From: Myxococcota bacterium
Lineage (GTDB): Bacteria > Myxococcota_A > UBA796 > SXON01
Direction: 5' to 3'
Length of the DNA stretch: 32,000 nt
Assembly (NCBI GenBank): GCA_040386535.1
Contig: JAZKFH010000022.1
Span: 51,247-83,246 of the forward strand
Within the stretch, counting starts at the first letter, position 1, and the number at the start of each line of letters is the position of its first letter. The notes beneath the pieces are model-generated. The model did not search any database, had not been told where the DNA came from, and was given only the letters and a program-made list of their open reading frames with translations. Both the position numbers and the translations under genes were made by a program. Positions 1 to 9,210 of the stretch are shown piece by piece.

Positions 1-1902
1 CAAGAGCTTCTGGCCGCAAGTACGGATGAGGTGTTGAGTCATGACAACCTCACGTCGCAAGGAAATGCCGAGTATCGCATCCAATTCGAGGGTACCGAGT
101 TCAAGGGGACCTATAAGCCTTCGCCCGTCAACTTGCGTCGGCTGATCGAAGCAGGCCGTGTGATGGCAATGGGGAGGACGCTGCGGTACCTTCGTTTCCT
201 TCGTGACTACAAGTACTTCGAAATCAATGAGCTCTGGGATGACGTCTCCATCAGCGGCTTCGGCGATGAAAAGCTTTATGTGGTGCAAACCCTCCCAGAG
301 GTTGTCCAACGCTGCATGTTGATGACCACCGATCCTGGCGACCTCGTCCTCGATCCGACGTGCGGATCAGGCACCACCGCGTATGTCGCCGAGCAGTGGG
401 GCCGCCGCTGGATCACCATCGACACGAGTCGCGTTGCTGTCTCCATTGCACGCCAACGCGTCCTCACCGCTCGCTTCGAGCACTTCAGAACTAAGGGCCA
501 CACACCTGAATCGGGCTTCGTCTACAAGACCGTGGCACACGTGAAGCTGGGAAGCATCGCCCAGAACACCAACCTCGACCCTATCTTCGCCCGCCACCAG
601 CCCCTCCTCGACGCCGCCCTCACCCGCGCAAACACGTCGCTGAAGAACGTCGCCCCAGGCCTCCGCCGAATCCTCGCCGACAAGCTCGCCGACAAGACCG
701 CGAAGGAAGGCAAGCGCGCCGTCACCGACGCCGACACTCGCCGCTGGATGCTCCCGAAGGACGCCTTCGAACACTGGACCGTCCCGTTCGACACCGATCC
801 CGACTGGCCCGAGTCCCTCCAGAACGCCGTGACCGGCTACCGCGGCGCGTGGCGCGCCAGGATGGACGAGGTAAACGCGTGCATCGAGCGTAACGCCGAC
901 CAGGAAGAGCTCGTCGACCAGCCCGAGGTGGTCAAGGGCGTCGTCCGCGTCTCCGGCCCCTTCACCGTCGAGGGTGTGCGTCCCGAGGAGCTCTCGCTCG
1001 GCGAGGACGGCCTTTTCGACGCCACCCCCAACGAGGAGGAGCCCGAAGACAGCGTGCTCCTCGCCGCCGAGCGGCCCCCGGCTCCCTACGGCGACGAGGC
1101 ACGTGACCTCGGCAACCTGCACGCCTACCTCGCCCAGATGGTCGACCATCTGCGCCGGGACGGCGTCACCTTCCCCAACAACAAGCATCGGGCATTCGCG
1201 CGGGTCGATCCGTTCAACCAGTCCGGCTCGCTGGTGCACGCCGAGGGCGCGTGGGAGGGCACCGATGCGGACCAGCCGAGCACCGTAGCCATCGGGTTCG
1301 GCCCCCAGTGCGGCCCGGTCACCGCGCGTCAGGTCGAGGAGCTCATCCGCGCCAGCCGCCGCTACGACGACCTGGTCATCGCCGGCTTCAGCTTCGAGGC
1401 GGATGCCTCGGCCTACATTAAGGAGAACCCGCACCCGAAGCTGCGCATCCACCAGGCCCACATCCGCCCCGACATCAACCCGGGCATGGACGGGTTGCTC
1501 AAGAACACCCCCAACAGCCAGCTGTTCACCGTGTTCGGCACCCCGGAGATCAAGCTCTCCCGGGATGGGGACGAGTGGGTGTGCGAGCTCGAGGGCGTCG
1601 ATATCTACGACCCGGTCAACAACGTGGTCCGCTCCACGAAGGCCGAGAAGGTGGCAGCGTGGTTCCTCGACAGTGACTTCGACGGGCGCTGCTTCTGTGT
1701 CACCCAGGCCTTCTTCCCCGATCAGGACGCGTGGGAGAAGATCGCCAAGGCCCTGAAGGGCTCGGCCGACCCGGAGGCGTTCGCTGCCTTCTCCGGCACG
1801 ACGTCGGTGCCCTTCAAGGCCGGCCGCCACAAGCGTGTCGCCGTGAAGGTGGTCGATCCGCGCGGCAACGAGGTCATGGCCATCCGCGCGTTGGGGCGCT
1901 GA
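1..1902 (+). CDS. mod: DNA amino-methyltransferase (N6-adenine/N4-cytosine class, Type III Mod-like), 5' end outside the window, with a ~480-aa C-terminal extension
   Basis: Frame 1 is open from nt 1, with no stop before the GTG at 31 used by the ORF track, so the gene is cut by the window edge. It carries the AdoMet-binding motif I segment GDLVLDPTCGSGTTAYVAEQWGRRWITIDTS (DPTCGSGTT at about nt 352-378). This is preceded by YVVQTLPEVVQRCMLMTT, as in Type III Mod proteins. The catalytic DPPY-type motif is expected upstream of the window. The TGA stop at 1900-1902 lies 1 nt before the res-like ATG. Confidence 0.85.
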   Translation, partial: QELLAASTDEVLSHDNLTSQGNAEYRIQFEGTEFKGTYKPSPVNLRRLIEAGRVMAMGRTLRYLRFLRDYKYFEINELWDDVSISGFGDEKLYVVQTLPEVVQRCMLMTTDPGDLVLDPTCGSGTTAYVAEQWGRRWITIDTSRVAVSIARQRVLTARFEHFRTKGHTPESGFVYKTVAHVKLGSIAQNTNLDPIFARHQPLLDAALTRANTSLKNVAPGLRRILADKLADKTAKEGKRAVTDADTRRWMLPKDAFEHWTVPFDTDPDWPESLQNAVTGYRGAWRARMDEVNACIERNADQEELVDQPEVVKGVVRVSGPFTVEGVRPEELSLGEDGLFDATPNEEEPEDSVLLAAERPPAPYGDEARDLGNLHAYLAQMVDHLRRDGVTFPNNKHRAFARVDPFNQSGSLVHAEGAWEGTDADQPSTVAIGFGPQCGPVTARQVEELIRASRRYDDLVIAGFSFEADASAYIKENPHPKLRIHQAHIRPDINPGMDGLLKNTPNSQLFTVFGTPEIKLSRDGDEWVCELEGVDIYDPVNNVVRSTKAEKVAAWFLDSDFDGRCFCVTQAFFPDQDAWEKIAKALKGSADPEAFAAFSGTTSVPFKAGRHKRVAVKVVDPRGNEVMAIRALGR

Positions 1903-1903
1903 C

Positions 1904-4900
1904 ATGGCACGCCCTCCCCGTTCCGCGAATCCGAGCGCCAACCCCGGGCCTGCCGACGACTGGGTCCCCACCCAGCCGGTTGCCAACCCGATCCTCAATC
2001 GCCCCTACGACGAGCCGACGCGCCACTGGCTCTACGAGAAGGGCATCCCGCGCGAGGTGCCAACCCGCCGGCCCGCCAGCTATTACTACATCACCAAGAA
2101 GATCGGGACCCGTCAGGAAGGCCTGTGGGCCGAGGAGCGGGCGGACCGGCTCGAGCTCGTCAATCGGCTCCGCGCGGACGTCGGGCGGTGGCGGGCGGCC
2201 AACTACAAGGGAGCCTCGAACACGACCAAGGCGCTGTTCGCCTACTGGTTCCATCCCGATCGGCCCCGCCGGCTGTTCTTCTGTCAACGCGAGGCGGTGG
2301 AGACCCTCATCTACCTGCTGGAGCTCGGCATCCCCGGCCACCTCGGGCGCTCGGGGTTCCGCAAGTTCGACCTCGACGCCGAGGCCATCGCTGCGCTCCT
2401 CGTGGGAGGCAAGCCGGCCTTCGTCGCTGCCGACGCCGAGCACTGGCCGCGCTTGGTGGATCCCGCAGTGGAGCTCCCCATCGCGCTCCGTCGGCTCGGC
2501 TGCCGCATGGCGACCGGCTCCGGGAAGACGCTGGTCATGGCCATGCTCATCACCTGGGCGTTCTGCAACCGTGGTGTGAACGGCGCCTCGACCCAGTACC
2601 CCAACGCGGTGCTGGTGTGCGCGCCCAACCTGACCGTGCGCACCCGCCTCCAAGTGCTCCGCCCCGGCGAGCCCGGCAACTACTACGACCTGTTCGACCT
2701 GGTGCCGCGCGCCTTCGCGGACCTGTTGGGGATGGGGAAGGTGCTCGTCACCAACTGGCACGCCTTCGCGCCCAAGAGCGAGCACCGCGAGGGAGACACC
2801 ACCTTCCCGGTCGTGCAGAAGGGCGAGGAGACGCCCGAGGCGTTCACCCGTGACCGCCTCGCGGAGCTGGCCCACCGCCTGCCCATCCTCGTGCTCAACG
2901 ACGAGGGGCACCACTGCTGGCGGCCCAAGCCCGACGCCACGCTGGACCTGAAGGACCTCTCGCCCGACGAGAAGGCAGCCGCGACGGAGGATGCCGAAGA
3001 GGCGCGGGTGTGGCTCGCCGGCCTGGACCGCATCAACAACAGCGGCCTTGCAGGAAAGGGCCTCCCCGGCATCCTCGCCACCATCGACCTCTCCGCGACA
3101 CCCTTCTACCTTGGCAACAGCGGGTACCCCGAGGGCAGCCCCTTCCCGTGGCTGGTATCGGATTTCGGCTTGGTCGACGCCATCGAGAGCGGCATCGTCA
3201 AGGTGCCCCGCATGCCCGTTGGCGACAGCGAGCGGAACAAGGACGACGCTGGACGACCCGACCCGAAGTTCTTCCGCCTGTGGAAACACGTCATCGACAA
3301 GATGACGCCGAGCGACAAGGTGGGGAAGCGTTGGAAGCCGGAGTCCCTGTACGGTGCGGCGGAGTCCGCCTTGGCTACCCTGGCCTCGCAGTGGAAGATC
3401 CTCTACGAGGAGATGCGCCTCCGCGCCGGCGGCGCCGAGTTCCTTCCGCCGGTCCTCATCGTGGTGTGTGACAACACCGAGCTGTCCAAGCTCGTCTTCG
3501 AGATGATCAGCGGCGAGCGCGTGAAGTCCGTGCCCGACGAGGAAGGAGTCATCAAGGCGACCACCGTGTTCGAAGGAAGCAAGTTGTTCCCCGAGCTCGC
3601 GAACAGCGAGGGTACGCGCCACACCATCCGCATCGACTCGAAGCTGCTCGGCAAGCTCGAGGGCGCCGACGGCCAGACCCGCGACGAGGCGGCGCTCGCG
3701 CTGCGCACGCTCATCGACACCGTCGGCAAGCGCGGGCTCCCAGGCGAGCAGGTGCGGTGCGTCGTGTCGGTCTCGATGCTCACCGAGGGGTGGGACGCCA
3801 ACAACGTCACCCACATCCTCGGCATCCGCGCGTTCGGCACCCAGCTGTTGTGTGAGCAGGTGGTCGGCCGCGGCCTGCGTCGCATGAACTACGAGGTGAA
3901 CCCCGAGGGGTTCATGGAGCCAGAGTACGCCGACATCTACGGCATCCCCTTCTCGCTCATCCCGTTCCAGAAGACCCCGGAAGGAAAGGGGGAGAACACC
4001 CCCGAGTACCACCGCGTCTACACAGTCCCCGGGCGCGAGAAGCTGCGCCTCACGATGCCCATCGTGGAGAGCTACACGTACGATCTGCGCAGCAGCGGCA
4101 TCGAGTGTGACGTCGACACCCTGGAGGGGATGATCGTCAACGTGGAGCCCACCGAGGTGTTCCTGTCGATCACGCGCGGCTACGAGGAGGAGGGCGCCCG
4201 GGTCGACTCGGGCGACTTCATCCGTCAGACCCGCGCCGAGTTCTACGAGCAGACGCGGTTCCAGCAGGTGATTTTCCGGATCGCGCAGCAGATCACGGAT
4301 GACCTCGTGATGGGTGTGCGGGAGGGGGTTCCCACCCAGCTCGTCAAGGAGACGCTGCTCGCGCGCCATCAGGTGTTTCCGGACGTGGTGCGGATCCTCG
4401 GAGCGTACGTCGAGAAGCGGGTCACGTTCGGCCCGGGAGTGGACCGGCGCGAGCTGGCACTGGAGCGTTATGCCCGGCTCGTCCGAGAGCGGGTCCGCGC
4501 GGGGATCTACCCCGCCGCGGGTAGCAAGGAAGCGCCGCTGCTCCCCGTAGTCAACACCTTCCAGGAGACCACGAGCACCGACGGTGTGGACGAACAGACC
4601 ACGCGGCCCACCGTCCCGCTCGTCAAGAGCGAGCTCAACGCTGCCGTCGTGCTGAGCGAAGGCAAGGGGGGCGACATCGGGGAGGTGCGCGCCATCGAGG
4701 TTCTCGAAGACCTCGATCGTGTCGAGGCCTTCGCGCCGAACACCCGGAAGATCGGCTTCCAGATCCCGTGGGAGTACCTCGGCCACCCGCGCCGCTACGA
4801 GCCCGACTTCCTCGTGCGCATGCGCGGGGGCACCATCGTGGTGTTGGAGATCAAAGGCGGCAAGGGCGAGCTTCACGGCGAAGACGAGGTGCTCGCCAAG

Positions 4901-5485
4901 AACGCCGCCGCGCGCAAGTGGGTGGCGGCGGTCAACAACGCCAAGAGGTACGGCACCTGGGCGTTCGAGATCTGCCGCGAGCTTCCCAAGCTGCGCGAGC
5001 AGCTCATCCAACACTCGGCGGAGCTGCCCGGCTATCTCCCCTACCGTCGCGTCGAGCCCGATGCCGCCGAGCGCTACCGAAGCTGCGTGCCGATGTTGGG
5101 CCTCCTCGGCGCTGTGCGTCGCTGGCAGAAGCCGGCGCTGATGGACCTTGGCGATCCCAACGTCGAGTGGGTCACCTGGAACGGCGCGCCCGCCTTCGCC
5201 GACGGCATGTTCGTCGCACCCGTGGCGGGCAAGTACGCGCTCTTCCAGCCCTCCGCGGAGGAGCCCGCCGAGGGCGGCTCCTACCTCCTCTACAACGCCG
5301 GCATCGCCGATCCCGATACCGACGCACCCTTCACGGTGCGGACCTTCACGGTCGAGCCGCCCACGCCGGAGCGCTCCCAGGCGCGGATCGTGCTCAAGGG
5401 CCTGCGGGAAGGTGACGTGCCGATCGTCATTCCGGGGTCGGGGGTGGTGAAGGTGGTGGCTTCGTTTGCGGGCTGGGTGCGTTGA
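1904..5485 (+). CDS. res: Type III restriction Res-like SF2 helicase-nuclease (1193 aa) with an extra C-terminal domain
   Basis: Motif I is RMATGSGKTLVMAML (from about nt 2504). Motif II is LVLNDEGHHCW (DEGH). The motif V/VI region is SVSMLTEGWDANNVTHILGIRAFGTQLLCEQVVGRGLRR. A PD-(D/E)xK-type core follows, YEPDFLVRMRGGTIVVLEIKGGKGE (about nt 4795-4870). Gene order is mod then res, as in Type III R-M systems. About 200 aa follow the nuclease core. Confidence 0.85.
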   Translation: MARPPRSANPSANPGPADDWVPTQPVANPILNRPYDEPTRHWLYEKGIPREVPTRRPASYYYITKKIGTRQEGLWAEERADRLELVNRLRADVGRWRAANYKGASNTTKALFAYWFHPDRPRRLFFCQREAVETLIYLLELGIPGHLGRSGFRKFDLDAEAIAALLVGGKPAFVAADAEHWPRLVDPAVELPIALRRLGCRMATGSGKTLVMAMLITWAFCNRGVNGASTQYPNAVLVCAPNLTVRTRLQVLRPGEPGNYYDLFDLVPRAFADLLGMGKVLVTNWHAFAPKSEHREGDTTFPVVQKGEETPEAFTRDRLAELAHRLPILVLNDEGHHCWRPKPDATLDLKDLSPDEKAAATEDAEEARVWLAGLDRINNSGLAGKGLPGILATIDLSATPFYLGNSGYPEGSPFPWLVSDFGLVDAIESGIVKVPRMPVGDSERNKDDAGRPDPKFFRLWKHVIDKMTPSDKVGKRWKPESLYGAAESALATLASQWKILYEEMRLRAGGAEFLPPVLIVVCDNTELSKLVFEMISGERVKSVPDEEGVIKATTVFEGSKLFPELANSEGTRHTIRIDSKLLGKLEGADGQTRDEAALALRTLIDTVGKRGLPGEQVRCVVSVSMLTEGWDANNVTHILGIRAFGTQLLCEQVVGRGLRRMNYEVNPEGFMEPEYADIYGIPFSLIPFQKTPEGKGENTPEYHRVYTVPGREKLRLTMPIVESYTYDLRSSGIECDVDTLEGMIVNVEPTEVFLSITRGYEEEGARVDSGDFIRQTRAEFYEQTRFQQVIFRIAQQITDDLVMGVREGVPTQLVKETLLARHQVFPDVVRILGAYVEKRVTFGPGVDRRELALERYARLVRERVRAGIYPAAGSKEAPLLPVVNTFQETTSTDGVDEQTTRPTVPLVKSELNAAVVLSEGKGGDIGEVRAIEVLEDLDRVEAFAPNTRKIGFQIPWEYLGHPRRYEPDFLVRMRGGTIVVLEIKGGKGELHGEDEVLAKNAAARKWVAAVNNAKRYGTWAFEICRELPKLREQLIQHSAELPGYLPYRRVEPDAAERYRSCVPMLGLLGAVRRWQKPALMDLGDPNVEWVTWNGAPAFADGMFVAPVAGKYALFQPSAEEPAEGGSYLLYNAGIADPDTDAPFTVRTFTVEPPTPERSQARIVLKGLREGDVPIVIPGSGVVKVVASFAGWVR

Positions 5486-7380
5486 GCGACCCCAAGGAGC
5501 GAAAGGGGCGAACACGGAAGCCGCGGCGCCCACCAGAGCCAGAGGATCCCATTCAGGTAGGCGAGCTGCGGTTCTCTACCGTGTTCGGCCTCCTGCTTCG
5601 CGTGGTGGCCGTCGAGAAGGACACATGCTTTGTGGAGCACGTCCCGTCGGGGCGTACATGGCGCTCGGATGCGGTCGGCACCATCCAGAAGGCCCCGAAG
5701 GTGGCGGAGGGCGGCTTCCGTTGGCGGTTCGCGCACGACGGGCCCGAGCAGGTCCTGACGGCGGGCCCCGAGCGCATTGCCGAGTGGCTGATGCTCGACG
5801 AGCGGGCGCGCGGGTGGACCGTCCTTCGTGCGCGCGCCGTGGGTGAAGCCACCGCCGGCCTGCCCGAGGGGGCGGCACTCGAGACGCGCCTGCTGGATTA
5901 CCTCGAGGGGAGCGACGAGTGGGGCCGAGAGGGCACGGGAGCCGAGAGGGGCTTCGTGCGCGGCGGTCACGTGAGGGACTGGCGGGAGCGTTGGATCGAG
6001 GCCGAGCTACCCGTGGGCTTTGCCGGCGGTGAAAAGATTCAAGACGAAGACGCGGCCGTGGCTGCCCTGCGCCTGCTGTGCGAGGCAACAGCACCAGACC
6101 TGCCCTTCCTCGGGCGCGTTCGCACCACGCGTTGGTTGCCACCAACGGTGCGCGCCGGGGCGCTGGAGCGCCTGGTCGCGGTCTGGAAGGAAACGCGGCG
6201 ACGTACCGGCTTTCGCCAGGTGCGCGAGGAAGCCTTGCTGCACATGCTCAAAGACTCCCCCGACCTGGCGGAAAGCATGGCGCGGGAGCCTGCCGTGTCA
6301 CTGGCGGTCCGGAAGGCTGCGGTGGAACAGCTGAAGGATGGAGACGAGGCCATCCGCTCCGTGATCCGCGAGGTGAGCCGCCCCGCGAACAAGGCCGGCG
6401 CGGTGCGGGTGGCGGGCCAGCTTGCTGCCCTGGCCGAGAGTCCGGCGGTCATCGTCGAGTGTGTCGCGGCATGCATGAGCAACCGTGCGGATGCAGAGAT
6501 CACCAAGGAGACGGCCGACCTCCTGGACGAGCGCCTGGAGACGCTCGACCGCACCCCGTTGCTCCTGGAGGCGGCACGCGGAGCGCTCGCGGGTGGGGCA
6601 CTCGGCGGAGCGGTTCGCGACTGGCTCAACCTCCTGGGCGGCGACGCGGCGGTCTGGGAGATCGCGGAGGCGTGGGGAACCGTTCACCGGCTGCGTGGCG
6701 AAGGGGGCCTCGCTGCCCTGTCGATCACCACGCCGGAGCTCGAGGCCGGGTTCACGCGGTGGATCGAGCAGGCGCTCGCGCTTCGGGACGACTGGGAGGC
6801 GCCGGGCGCGTTGCCCTCCTTGAAGGAAGGCTCGTTCGCTCAACTGGTAAAGGGTCACGCGGAAGGCGCTCGGCTGACTCGGAACCTCGAGTGGTTCACT
6901 CGCACGGTGGGGGCGCTGGCCGAGCTGGTCGCGCGCATCCATGCGGAGAACGGTCTGCTCCTGGCGAAGGTGGACGACAAGCAGAACGCCGAGCGGGTGC
7001 TTCGCGGAGACGACGTAGAGCGGATCCGCGCCGACCGCGGAACGCTCCTGGCGAGCGCTCGTGACGAAGTGGCCGACGAGCGGCGGGCCGAGCGGCGAAC
7101 GGTCGCGAAGATCCTCGCCGAAGTACAAACAGCCGTGGGCCGCACGCGCGAGGCTACTCCGGCTACGGCGTTGGACGCATTGGAGCGGCGTATGGTAGAG
7201 CTGGCAGCGCGTCTCGACATGACCTTCGTTGGGCGCGTCGGGGAACGGGCCCCATCTGACCCGGCACTGCATCAACTGGCTGCGGGGGTGGCGTCGGAAG
7301 GGACGATACGTTCGGTCGGCATCCGCGACGTACACGAGCTCTTGGTCAAAGGCAAAATTGGGCCGTTGGAGACGAACTGA
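5482..7380 (+). CDS. Hypothetical 632-aa mostly helical protein with a GrpE-like C-terminal segment
   Basis: This is the longest ORF in this interval on the sense strand of the operon. The proposed TTG start at 5482 overlaps the res stop (TTGA); GTG 5581 is an alternative start. The N-terminus is basic (KERKGRTRKPRRPPEPEDP). The C-terminal part has charged coiled-coil-like helices followed by LDMTFVGRVGERAPSDPALHQLAAGVASEGTIRSVG (from nt 7213). This resembles the GrpE pattern G-x-x-F-D-P-x-x-H-x-A...V.S. The GrpE assignment is tentative. Confidence 0.6.
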   Translation: MSDPKERKGRTRKPRRPPEPEDPIQVGELRFSTVFGLLLRVVAVEKDTCFVEHVPSGRTWRSDAVGTIQKAPKVAEGGFRWRFAHDGPEQVLTAGPERIAEWLMLDERARGWTVLRARAVGEATAGLPEGAALETRLLDYLEGSDEWGREGTGAERGFVRGGHVRDWRERWIEAELPVGFAGGEKIQDEDAAVAALRLLCEATAPDLPFLGRVRTTRWLPPTVRAGALERLVAVWKETRRRTGFRQVREEALLHMLKDSPDLAESMAREPAVSLAVRKAAVEQLKDGDEAIRSVIREVSRPANKAGAVRVAGQLAALAESPAVIVECVAACMSNRADAEITKETADLLDERLETLDRTPLLLEAARGALAGGALGGAVRDWLNLLGGDAAVWEIAEAWGTVHRLRGEGGLAALSITTPELEAGFTRWIEQALALRDDWEAPGALPSLKEGSFAQLVKGHAEGARLTRNLEWFTRTVGALAELVARIHAENGLLLAKVDDKQNAERVLRGDDVERIRADRGTLLASARDEVADERRAERRTVAKILAEVQTAVGRTREATPATALDALERRMVELAARLDMTFVGRVGERAPSDPALHQLAAGVASEGTIRSVGIRDVHELLVKGKIGPLETN

Positions 7381-9206
7381 TGGATCTGGACAAGCTGCGG
7401 ACATTCCTCTCGGAGCTCGATTTCTCCAGCGTGAGCGAGGAGGAGCGGGATGTCGCGCTCCTCCTCGGACAGGCGCGGGCGGCAGTGGATGCCCTGCGCG
7501 AACAGCGCGAGCGAGCGAATTTTCGCGACCGGCTGATGCAGGCGCACGCGGTGGTGGAGCGGCAGCTGCGCGCGGCGATAGCCCACGCCCTCGGAAACCT
7601 CGATGCGGGCACATACCTGGACCCAACATGGCCCGGGAAACTCGACAGCTTTGAAGCCGAACTGCAGGACGACGCTCGGTTGCTCATTTGGCACGAACTC
7701 GTCACGCCGATCGCCTATCCCACCTCGGCGGACGGAGAGGGCGCTGTGCTGCACGCGCCCAGCCCGAGCCTGCCGGCTCCCCCTCCGCCACCGACGCCCG
7801 TCAGCGCAGACTTGATCGAGCGGATCAGGGCGTTGAAGCCAATCGCCAGCTCGGCGCCAAGACACGGTGCGGGCGTTTGGGGTGTGGACTTCGGCACCGC
7901 GCGAAGCAAAGTGGTGTTCCGGCCACGCGGTGGGTTCACACAGGCGGCCGACTCCGTCGTGGCGTGGGATGTCCCGAGCGTGCTCGCTGTCGAGGAGGAT
8001 GGTGGCGCAATTGAGTTTGGTGAGGCGGCCGAAGCGCGCCGGGGCAAGCAAGGGTGGAAGCTGGTCACGAGCTTGAAGCGCCACATTGTGGGGCGCCGTG
8101 TCGACCCTTACCGGCTCCCGCCCCGCATGACCACTGAGGGGCTCGCGACCCTGTACATGGCGTGGCTCTGCCACGAGGCGCTCCGCAGGGCCGATTTGGG
8201 CGCATCTCCGATGGACCTTCCGATGAACCTGTCCATGCCCCTCGTTGACGCCTCCGTTGCCAATGACGGGCTGCGAGCGCCGTTCGTAGAAGGCCCACGC
8301 ACCTACGACATCTGGCTTTCGTACGCACTGCGTGCCGCCCAGCTCATCGCGCTCACGTTCGGCAGGGAGGAATTCCCCAGCTCCCAGACCGTGCTCCTCG
8401 ACGCCCTGGAGCTATGGTCTCGTCAGAATTGGGAGTCGGTGCGCCGGAGCGCGGCCACCACCAGCGAGCCCGCGGCTGTAGTCGGTGACGTGAATGTCAC
8501 CGAGCTTCCTGCCGGCCTCACCATGCTGGTAGACTGCGGGGCGGGCACGACGGACGTCTCCGTGTTCTGGCGTCGGGGCGCCCACGTCTTTCGCGTGGTC
8601 GAATGCTCCGTGGTCGTTGGTGGCGATCAGATCGACGACGCCATCGTGCTCCGGGTGGTGCGCGAATTTCCGGGACTGAAGGACAGGGAGGGGGACGTAC
8701 GCACGTGGGCCCGGGCTGCAAAGCGGGACATACTGGAGGGCGAGGCAAGCTTCGACCCCGCGGAATTCGAACTGCCCGGCTTGGCGTTCGACATTACGGC
8801 CGAGGATGTCGCGCCAGGAGTCGCGGCGTTGGCCGGGGGCGTGCATACGGTGGTCGCGCGCGCAGCCGATCAAGCGTTCGCAAAGCTCCTCGAGACGTCC
8901 CTGAACGGCGCCGTCGAGCTCTCGCGGGCTCGAGAGCTTCAGGCCGTCTGGTTGATTGGCGGCTCCTCGGTGGTCGGTGCGGTTATGAGCAGCGTCGAGG
9001 CTGCGCTCAGGGGGAGCAACGTCGTCGGCGCCTCCCCGGCACCACTGGCCCCATCCGGTTTGTATGCGGCCTGGAAGCCGGAACGATACCGCCTGCTCGC
9101 TGTCGCGCTCGGTGCCTCGCGTCCAGATCTCGCCCGGCCGGCGCTGCTCCCGCCGGATCAGGCGGATGTGGCGGTGGGCCTCCACCACACCGACAAGGAC
9201 GCATAG
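7380..9206 (+). CDS. Hsp70/actin-fold (ASKHA) ATPase, DnaK-like nucleotide-binding domain with a ~165-aa N-terminal extension and no recognisable substrate-binding domain
   Basis: The ATG at 7380 overlaps the upstream TGA by 1 nt (TGATG), and GGAG lies 8 nt upstream. Phosphate-1 is VWGVDFGTARSKVVF (nt 7881-7901; compare DnaK GIDLGTTNS). PSVLAVEEDGGAIEFGEAA matches the PSVVAF..G..VG..A pattern. Phosphate-2 is LVDCGAGTTDVSVF (nt 8529-8558; compare DLGGGTFDVS). VVGGDQIDDAIV matches LGGDDFD. The adenosine motif is VWLIGGSSVVGAV (nt 8949-8969; compare LVGGSTRIP). A Pro-rich linker PSPSLPAPPPPPTPVS lies at about nt 7759-7806. Confidence 0.75.
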   Translation: MDLDKLRTFLSELDFSSVSEEERDVALLLGQARAAVDALREQRERANFRDRLMQAHAVVERQLRAAIAHALGNLDAGTYLDPTWPGKLDSFEAELQDDARLLIWHELVTPIAYPTSADGEGAVLHAPSPSLPAPPPPPTPVSADLIERIRALKPIASSAPRHGAGVWGVDFGTARSKVVFRPRGGFTQAADSVVAWDVPSVLAVEEDGGAIEFGEAAEARRGKQGWKLVTSLKRHIVGRRVDPYRLPPRMTTEGLATLYMAWLCHEALRRADLGASPMDLPMNLSMPLVDASVANDGLRAPFVEGPRTYDIWLSYALRAAQLIALTFGREEFPSSQTVLLDALELWSRQNWESVRRSAATTSEPAAVVGDVNVTELPAGLTMLVDCGAGTTDVSVFWRRGAHVFRVVECSVVVGGDQIDDAIVLRVVREFPGLKDREGDVRTWARAAKRDILEGEASFDPAEFELPGLAFDITAEDVAPGVAALAGGVHTVVARAADQAFAKLLETSLNGAVELSRARELQAVWLIGGSSVVGAVMSSVEAALRGSNVVGASPAPLAPSGLYAAWKPERYRLLAVALGASRPDLARPALLPPDQADVAVGLHHTDKDA

Positions 9207-9210
9207 CCAG

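Noticed and set aside
367-1998. 543-aa minus-strand ORF across mod
   Set aside because: It is antisense to the methyltransferase gene and has no motifs. It is a shadow ORF.
1874-5533. 1219-aa ORF on the minus strand covering the whole res-like gene
   Set aside because: It is antisense to a gene with clear helicase and nuclease motifs. Its translation is a low-complexity Gly/Arg/Ala/Leu/Asp-rich sequence with no motifs. This is typical of a high-GC shadow ORF.
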